Below are positions 58,712 through 64,000 of a stretch of 64,000 nt of DNA, piece by piece. The stretch comes from Desulfobacterales bacterium (lineage in GTDB: Bacteria > Desulfobacterota > Desulfobacteria > Desulfobacterales > UBA5852), in assembly GCA_963674755.2 (NCBI GenBank), contig CAXXVS010000001.1, forward strand, positions 896,001 to 960,000. The letters run 5' to 3'. A program made the position numbers and the translations under genes. Every line of letters begins with the position of its first letter. Positions within the stretch are counted from its first letter, which is position 1. The notes beneath the pieces were generated by a model. The model ran no database searches. It saw nothing but the letters and a program-made list of their open reading frames with translations, and was not told the DNA's origin.

Positions 58712-60337
58712 CTAAATCGTGTAAAGCACCACCAGACAGCGGGTGGGGTTGCCGGAGAGGCTTTTGAGCCGGTGGGGGATGTAGGAATTGAAATGAATGT
58801 GCTCCCCGGTCTTGAGAACATGGGCCTTTTGGTCCAGGGTCAATTCCAGTTCGCCGGCCATGACGAAGATGAATTCTTCTCCCTCATGTTTATAGGCCAC
58901 GGGTTTGTGCGTCCCGTGGGGCTCGATGGTGACCATGAAGGCCCGCAGATGATCGGCCTCGCCGCCTTCGGTGAGGGTCTCGTAGGAATAGTTCTGGGTG
59001 CGCCGCACGTAGGCTTCCAGCCGCCGGTCGCGGATGGCCACCTGGGCCTCCTGGCCCAGGAAGGTGCCCGGGTCGACATCGAGGGCCTTGGCCAGCCGCA
59101 GCAGAAAACCGACCGGCGGGGAGAGGGCGTCGTCTTCCACCTGCTGGATGAAGTCCGGGGTCTGACCGGTGGCTTCGGCCAGGGATTCGATGCTCCAGGC
59201 ATGCCCCTCCCGCAGCTTGCGGATGCGCTTGCCGAAGCTTTCACCGTCCGGCCCGCTGACCTCGGCTTCACACAGCACATCGGCCAACTGGCGCATGACG
59301 GCCTGCCGGGCGCGCTCGATGAGCACCGGCAGGAAGGTGTGGACGTCGGCCACGACGGCCGTGTCGGCGATCTGGAAAATAGCGGCCCCGGGGTCGCGGT
59401 TGAGGGCCACGATGGTTTCGGCCTCCCTGATGCCGGCCGTGTACTGGGTGGCGCCGGAGGTGCCGATGGACAGGAGCAGTTTGGGGGCCACCTGTTTGCC
59501 CGTCTGTCCGATCAGGCGGTTTTCGTCCACCCAGTGATGGAGCACCGGCGGCCGGGTGGCGCCCACCTCGCCCCCCAAAACGGCGGCCAGTTCGCGGACC
59601 TGGCGAAAGGCCCGGGCGCTGCCCAGGCCGGCGCCGCCCACGACGACGATGGGCGCGGTTTCCAGCTTTTGCTGGGATTCGGCGACCGGCCGGGAATCCC
59701 GCAGGCGGAGGGCGGGGATTTCCGGCAGTCGATCGACTGTCCGGCGCTGAATATCGTTTGCGGGTGCGGCGACCGGCTCTGACTGACAGCAGTGGGGCTG
59801 CACCGTGGCAAATCCGGTGCCCCAGCCCTCAGCAAAAGTGATCTGGGAGACAATGGCGCCGCCCCAGGCCGGGCATTCGCCGATGGTGCGGCCATCGGCA
59901 GCGATAACCAGATCCTGGCAGTCGGCGATCAACCCGGCCCGGCAGAGACATGCCGTGCGGGCGGCCAGTTCGCGCCCGAAATCCGTCAGGGCCGCCAGGA
60001 CCAGCCGGGGCGTATGGGTCTGAACGGCCTGGCCGAGGGCATGGGCAAACAGATCGGCGCGCGGCGTGGCGAAGCGGTCATTTTCCAGCACCAGCACCTG
60101 GTGGGCGCCGTGGGTCAGGCAGGCCGCTTCCGCCGATGCCGCCAGCTCGCAGGCATTCCCTTGGGCGGCTGTCCGCGGGAGGCCGCCCGCCGGTGCCAGC
60201 AGACAGGCCACGGCCTTTCCGCCGCTGGCGGCGGCCAGGGCACAGGCTTTGGTGAGAACATTCAGGGAAAAACCAAAAAGGCGGTTACTGCGGCAATCCA
60301 TCCATACCCAGATATCGTTGGTGGGACCGGCCGGCAT
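58712..60337 (-). CDS. etfA: electron transfer flavoprotein alpha subunit fused to XRE HTH and cupin domains
   Basis: VVGGAGLG, GATRP, IGQTG, SGATQY, NRDP.A.IF; then GKRIRKLRE...LAKALDV and HEGEEFIFV; ATG overlaps the etfB stop. Confidence 0.88.
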   Translation of the reverse strand: MPAGPTNDIWVWMDCRSNRLFGFSLNVLTKACALAAASGGKAVACLLAPAGGLPRTAAQGNACELAASAEAACLTHGAHQVLVLENDRFATPRADLFAHALGQAVQTHTPRLVLAALTDFGRELAARTACLCRAGLIADCQDLVIAADGRTIGECPAWGGAIVSQITFAEGWGTGFATVQPHCCQSEPVAAPANDIQRRTVDRLPEIPALRLRDSRPVAESQQKLETAPIVVVGGAGLGSARAFRQVRELAAVLGGEVGATRPPVLHHWVDENRLIGQTGKQVAPKLLLSIGTSGATQYTAGIREAETIVALNRDPGAAIFQIADTAVVADVHTFLPVLIERARQAVMRQLADVLCEAEVSGPDGESFGKRIRKLREGHAWSIESLAEATGQTPDFIQQVEDDALSPPVGFLLRLAKALDVDPGTFLGQEAQVAIRDRRLEAYVRRTQNYSYETLTEGGEADHLRAFMVTIEPHGTHKPVAYKHEGEEFIFVMAGELELTLDQKAHVLKTGEHIHFNSYIPHRLKSLSGNPTRCLVVLYTI

Positions 60338-61128
60338 CAGTTGAGCAGTCCCTTCTGGGTCCATTGCCGGATCAGCTGATCGGCCAGATCGACGGCCTCG
60401 CCTTCCAGGAATTGACACTGTCGCTCATGCTCGCAGGGCCGCATGGCAAGCACCCGGGTGGGGGAGCCCGGTTCCCCGGTTTCCTTGGCGTCCAGATCGA
60501 GATCGGCCAGGGTCAGCATCTCCACCTTGGGCGTGTCGAACGCTTCGGCCAGGCCGGCCAGCGCGATGTCGCGCGGGGAGTGAATTTCAGGCCGGATGGT
60601 CAGGGCCGCCGGGAAATCGACCTCGAAAGACTCCACCAGATGGTCCATGGTGCGTTCGATTTGCAGATGGCGTTCCGCCGGCGAGAGGGCGTGGACGCCC
60701 GTCACAAGAGGCAGATCCAGAGCTACGGCCGTCTGGGAGCCCACCTGTCCGGTATCGCTGTCCGATGTACGGGTGCCGAAGAGGACCAGATGGCAGGGAG
60801 CCAGCTTCCGGATGGCCGCTGCCAGGGTGGTGGCGGTGGCCAGGGTATCGGCCCCGGCCAGGGCCGGATCGCAGGCCAGTACGGCCCGGTCGGCCCCCAT
60901 GGCAAGGGCTTCGGCCATCACGGCGCAGTTTGCGGGAGGGCCCATGGACAGGACGGTCACACGACCGCCGTAGTGGGAGCGCAATTGCAGGGCCGTCTCC
61001 AGGGCGGGCCGGTCAAAGGGATTGAAGCGGTTGTTTTCCGTCGACCGGATGATTTTGCCCCGGGGCGCCCGGGCCACGACGGCTTTGATGCAGACAATCG
61101 TGTGAAATGTCGTCACCGATTTTTCCAT
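60337..61128 (-). CDS. etfB: electron transfer flavoprotein beta subunit
   Basis: IVCIKAV, NPFD, SMGP, GADTLAT, DSDTGQVG and GSPT motifs. Confidence 0.92.
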   Translation of the reverse strand: MEKSVTTFHTIVCIKAVVARAPRGKIIRSTENNRFNPFDRPALETALQLRSHYGGRVTVLSMGPPANCAVMAEALAMGADRAVLACDPALAGADTLATATTLAAAIRKLAPCHLVLFGTRTSDSDTGQVGSQTAVALDLPLVTGVHALSPAERHLQIERTMDHLVESFEVDFPAALTIRPEIHSPRDIALAGLAEAFDTPKVEMLTLADLDLDAKETGEPGSPTRVLAMRPCEHERQCQFLEGEAVDLADQLIRQWTQKGLLN

Positions 61129-61188
61129 CTCGTTGCCTGTAAGGTCATTTAACATCACGCGGCAGCCTGGTCCCAGGCTGTTCCGGGA

Positions 61189-62334
61189 TCACCCGTTCTG
61201 GAACACGGCCCGGGCGATCACCATTTTATGAATCTCGGAGGTGCCTTCGTAAATACGGGTCACCCGGGCATCGCGGTAGTAGCGCTCCACCGCATAGGCC
61301 TTGGAATAGCCGTAGCCGCCGTGAATCTGCACGGCGGCATCCGATACTTTGCAGGCGGCCTCCGAGGCGAAAAGCTTGGCCATGGCCGATTCCTGGGAAA
61401 AGGGTTCGGCCTTATCGCGCAACGCGGCGGCGCGATAGACCAGAAGCCGGGCCGCCTGGACCTGGGTGGCCATGTCGGCGATCATCATCTGGACGGCCTG
61501 GTGGTTTTCCAGGGGCGCACCGAACGTCCGGCGCTGCCGGGCGTATTGTACGGCCTCTTCCAGGGCGGCCTGGGCAATCCCCACGGCCTGGGCCGCAATG
61601 CCCATGCGCCCGGTGTCCAGCGCCGCCAGGCCGATCTGCAGCCCCTGGCCGCATCGGCCGAGCAGGTGGTCCCGGGGCACCCGGCAGTCATAGAGCCGGA
61701 TCGAGCTGACCGGATTGGCGCGCATGCCGCACAGGTCTTCCAGGTCGCCCACCACGAAGCCCGGCAGGCCGCGCTCCGCCACCACCACGCTGATCCCCCG
61801 TCGGCCGGCGGCCGGGTCGGTGCGGGCGAAGATCAGGCAGATATCGGCCACCCCGCCGTTGGTGACGAACACCTTGTTGGCATTGAGGATATAATGATCG
61901 CCGTCGGCCAGGGCGGTGGCGCTGACGGCGCCGGCATCGGAGCCGGCATCGGGCTCGGTCAGGCAGAAGGCGCCGATTTTTTTCCCCTGGGCCATGGGGC
62001 GGACCCAACGCTCCTTCTGGCCATCGGTGCCGAAGGCCATCAGGGGATAAACGGCCACACTGTTATGCACCGTGACGCACAACCCCAGGGCCGCGCATAC
62101 CCGTGAGATCTCTTCGATGATAATGGCGTAGCTGACCGTATCGAGGCCGGCCCCGCCCAGGGACCGCGGAACCTGGATGCCGAAATACCCCAGGGCGGCC
62201 ATCTTTTCGACGATTTCCCAGGGGAAGCGGGCCTCCTGGTCGATGGCGGCCGCGATGGGCCGCAGCTCGCGTTCGCAAAAGGTGCGCACGTTGCGTCTTA
62301 CGGCGATATGTTTGTCCGCCAGGAGCTTATCCAT
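61189..62334 (-). CDS. acyl-CoA dehydrogenase (butyryl-CoA dehydrogenase-like)
   Basis: FCLTEPDAGSD, KVFVTNG, QIHGGYGY and RIYEGTSE motifs. Confidence 0.95.
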   Translation of the reverse strand: MDKLLADKHIAVRRNVRTFCERELRPIAAAIDQEARFPWEIVEKMAALGYFGIQVPRSLGGAGLDTVSYAIIIEEISRVCAALGLCVTVHNSVAVYPLMAFGTDGQKERWVRPMAQGKKIGAFCLTEPDAGSDAGAVSATALADGDHYILNANKVFVTNGGVADICLIFARTDPAAGRRGISVVVAERGLPGFVVGDLEDLCGMRANPVSSIRLYDCRVPRDHLLGRCGQGLQIGLAALDTGRMGIAAQAVGIAQAALEEAVQYARQRRTFGAPLENHQAVQMMIADMATQVQAARLLVYRAAALRDKAEPFSQESAMAKLFASEAACKVSDAAVQIHGGYGYSKAYAVERYYRDARVTRIYEGTSEIHKMVIARAVFQNG

Positions 62335-62434
62335 AATACAACCGGTTCCAGGACGCTTACGAGGCGGGCGGTATCAAACCCACCGGCTCGGTATCGAAAG
62401 CGTGCAGATATCAGGATTTGGGGAAGGCGTCAAT

Positions 62435-63106
62435 TTATCCGTCTTTTTTCCGGCCGGTGATCATGGCCCAAATTAAATTTTCTTTATGGGCATAGCTGGA
62501 GACAAGAACGCCGCCGATGTGCACCACCGCCAGAAAAATGAGGATTCCCACCAGGGATTCGTGGATTTCCTTCCAAAAATGGGCGTTCCTTTCGGAAGCG
62601 ACGGGGCCATGCATTTCGTCGGGCAGTTGGCCGGGAGCCTCGTGGGCATAACGGCCGGAATGATCATTACGCTCGTCATGGTCGTCGTCATCGGCCAGGG
62701 CAGGCGATACCAGGTTCCCGGTCCCCAGGACCAGCGGCCCCCGGCCTTCCGCCCGATGGGTCAGCAGACCCGACAAGGTGGTCAGTGACAAGACAACGAG
62801 CAGGGCGATCACCATGGCGCCGCCGGCCGGGTTGTGTCCGGTATAGCGCGGGGCTGTCCTCCGGAAGAGGCCCTTCAAATAGGTCAGGACATCCGCCGGC
62901 GGGTAAAGGAAGTCGGTAAAGCGGGCATGCCGGGTGCCGATGAATCCCCACATGATGCGCAACACCAAGAGCACGATAATGAAATAGCCGATCCGGATAT
63001 GGATGGGTTGGAAATCCTCCGCCGTGATCAGCTGGGAGAGGATTGCCAGCACCAATGACCAGTGGAAAACGCGCACGAAAAGATCCCATACTTTAATGGT
63101 CTTCAT
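62435..63106 (-). CDS. cytochrome b/b6-domain membrane protein
   Basis: VWDLFVRVFHWSL, GHNPAG, EIHE...VHIGGV and MITGRK motifs. Confidence 0.88.
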   Translation of the reverse strand: MKTIKVWDLFVRVFHWSLVLAILSQLITAEDFQPIHIRIGYFIIVLLVLRIMWGFIGTRHARFTDFLYPPADVLTYLKGLFRRTAPRYTGHNPAGGAMVIALLVVLSLTTLSGLLTHRAEGRGPLVLGTGNLVSPALADDDDHDERNDHSGRYAHEAPGQLPDEMHGPVASERNAHFWKEIHESLVGILIFLAVVHIGGVLVSSYAHKENLIWAMITGRKKDG

Positions 63107-63381
63107 CGGACCTCCGATCGAATGAAAAGATGCCGTTTATGGATGGATACGACCCCCCGTTCCAAGGTGGCTCCCCCCTGAATGCTTCCCTCTCCGTAGG
63201 ACATAGCCCGACAGGAATTACCAGGCGAGTCCTACAGCAAAATAGGAGCTGGGCTTATACCCATCTCTGATCCCTCATCTTATTTTTCAGGTCAAGGATT
63301 TCGGAGAAAACCATCACAGATCGCAAATGGCCGTCGGATGGTTTTTGCGAACTCAACAACCGAAGATCAAGGAGAAGAACA

Positions 63382-64000
63382 ATGAAACATCGTCGTTACA
63401 CCGTACGGAGCTTTCTTTTGGTAGCCCTGGCCGTGGTATTTATCCTGGGGCTGACGCAATGTGATTCCCAGTCGGGAATCAAAACGGCAAAAACCGCGAC
63501 GGCCAACGCCACGCCGGCGCCGACGGCCATGTCGCCGTCGGCCATGAACTGGCAGACGGCCATCGCCAAGGTGGCTAAGGAGACGATTCCCGCCGTGGTT
63601 CACATCAATATTTCCGAAAGCCGGGAAGTCGCCAATCCGCTGCTGCCTTTCAACAATGATCCCTTCTTCCATTTTTTCTTCAACGGACGCAAGATGCCAC
63701 GCAAATTCAAGGAGGAACTGCGGGGGCTCGGTACCGGCATGATCATCGACGAGCAGGGCCATATCCTGACCAACAACCATGTGGTGGCCGGCGCCTCCAA
63801 GATCAATGTCCTTCTGGCCGACGGCAAGTCCTATCCGGGCAAAGTCGTGGGAACGGATCCCAAGACCGATCTGGCCGTCATTCAGATTTCCGCCGACGAG
63901 AAGCTGCCCACGGTGACTTTCGGGGATTCGGACAAAATCGCGCAGGGTGACTGGGTCGTCGCCATCGGTCATCCCCGGGGTCTGGATGAGACCGTGACCC
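63382..64000 (+). CDS. DegP/DegQ (HtrA) serine protease, truncated by the window end
   Basis: AAGGAG RBS; own translation gives PAVVHI, GLGTGMII, LTNNHVV, DPKTDLAV and VVAIGHP. Confidence 0.92.
   Translation, partial: MKHRRYTVRSFLLVALAVVFILGLTQCDSQSGIKTAKTATANATPAPTAMSPSAMNWQTAIAKVAKETIPAVVHINISESREVANPLLPFNNDPFFHFFFNGRKMPRKFKEELRGLGTGMIIDEQGHILTNNHVVAGASKINVLLADGKSYPGKVVGTDPKTDLAVIQISADEKLPTVTFGDSDKIAQGDWVVAIGHPRGLDETVT

Overview
GC-rich bacterial chromosome segment; gene content and intergenic repeats suggest a sulfate-reducing deltaproteobacterium of the Desulfobacterales type (inference). Three zones. (1) 1-20.2 kb, housekeeping/metabolic genes: K+ channel, acyl-CoA ligase, ugpBAE plus divergent ugpC, thioredoxin, lolA, nadA, yebC, rlmE, radA, mltB, interspersed with at least four related ~125-175 bp palindromic MITE/REP-like elements. 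(2) tRNA-Glu(CTC) at 20199-20273 followed by a ~36 kb island ending at a 31-bp copy of the tRNA 3' end (56271-56301, 29/31 identical). I see no integrase in it; its only mobility gene is an AT-rich HUH/Y1 (RAYT-like) transposase bounded by perfect 27-bp TIRs whose outer ends carry short tandem repeats. The cargo is ~28 co-oriented genes: a sigma54 activator with a pseudo-receiver domain, a lipoprotein arylsulfatase, a secreted tyrosine-phosphatase-like enzyme and many envelope/lipid-handling proteins (DUF1254/1214, 2x DUF4410, DUF2092, 2x MscS, FadL, DUF3302-HlyD-TolC, DUF3313, vWA-OmpA, repeat-expanded AsmA, SYLF). (3) 56.4-64 kb: di-heme cytochrome c peroxidase, half-size TauE, acyl-CoA dehydrogenase-etfB-etfA with EtfA fused to an XRE-cupin regulator, cytochrome b and a DegP/Q protease cut by the window edge. 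All family calls come from motif recognition by eye, not database searches.
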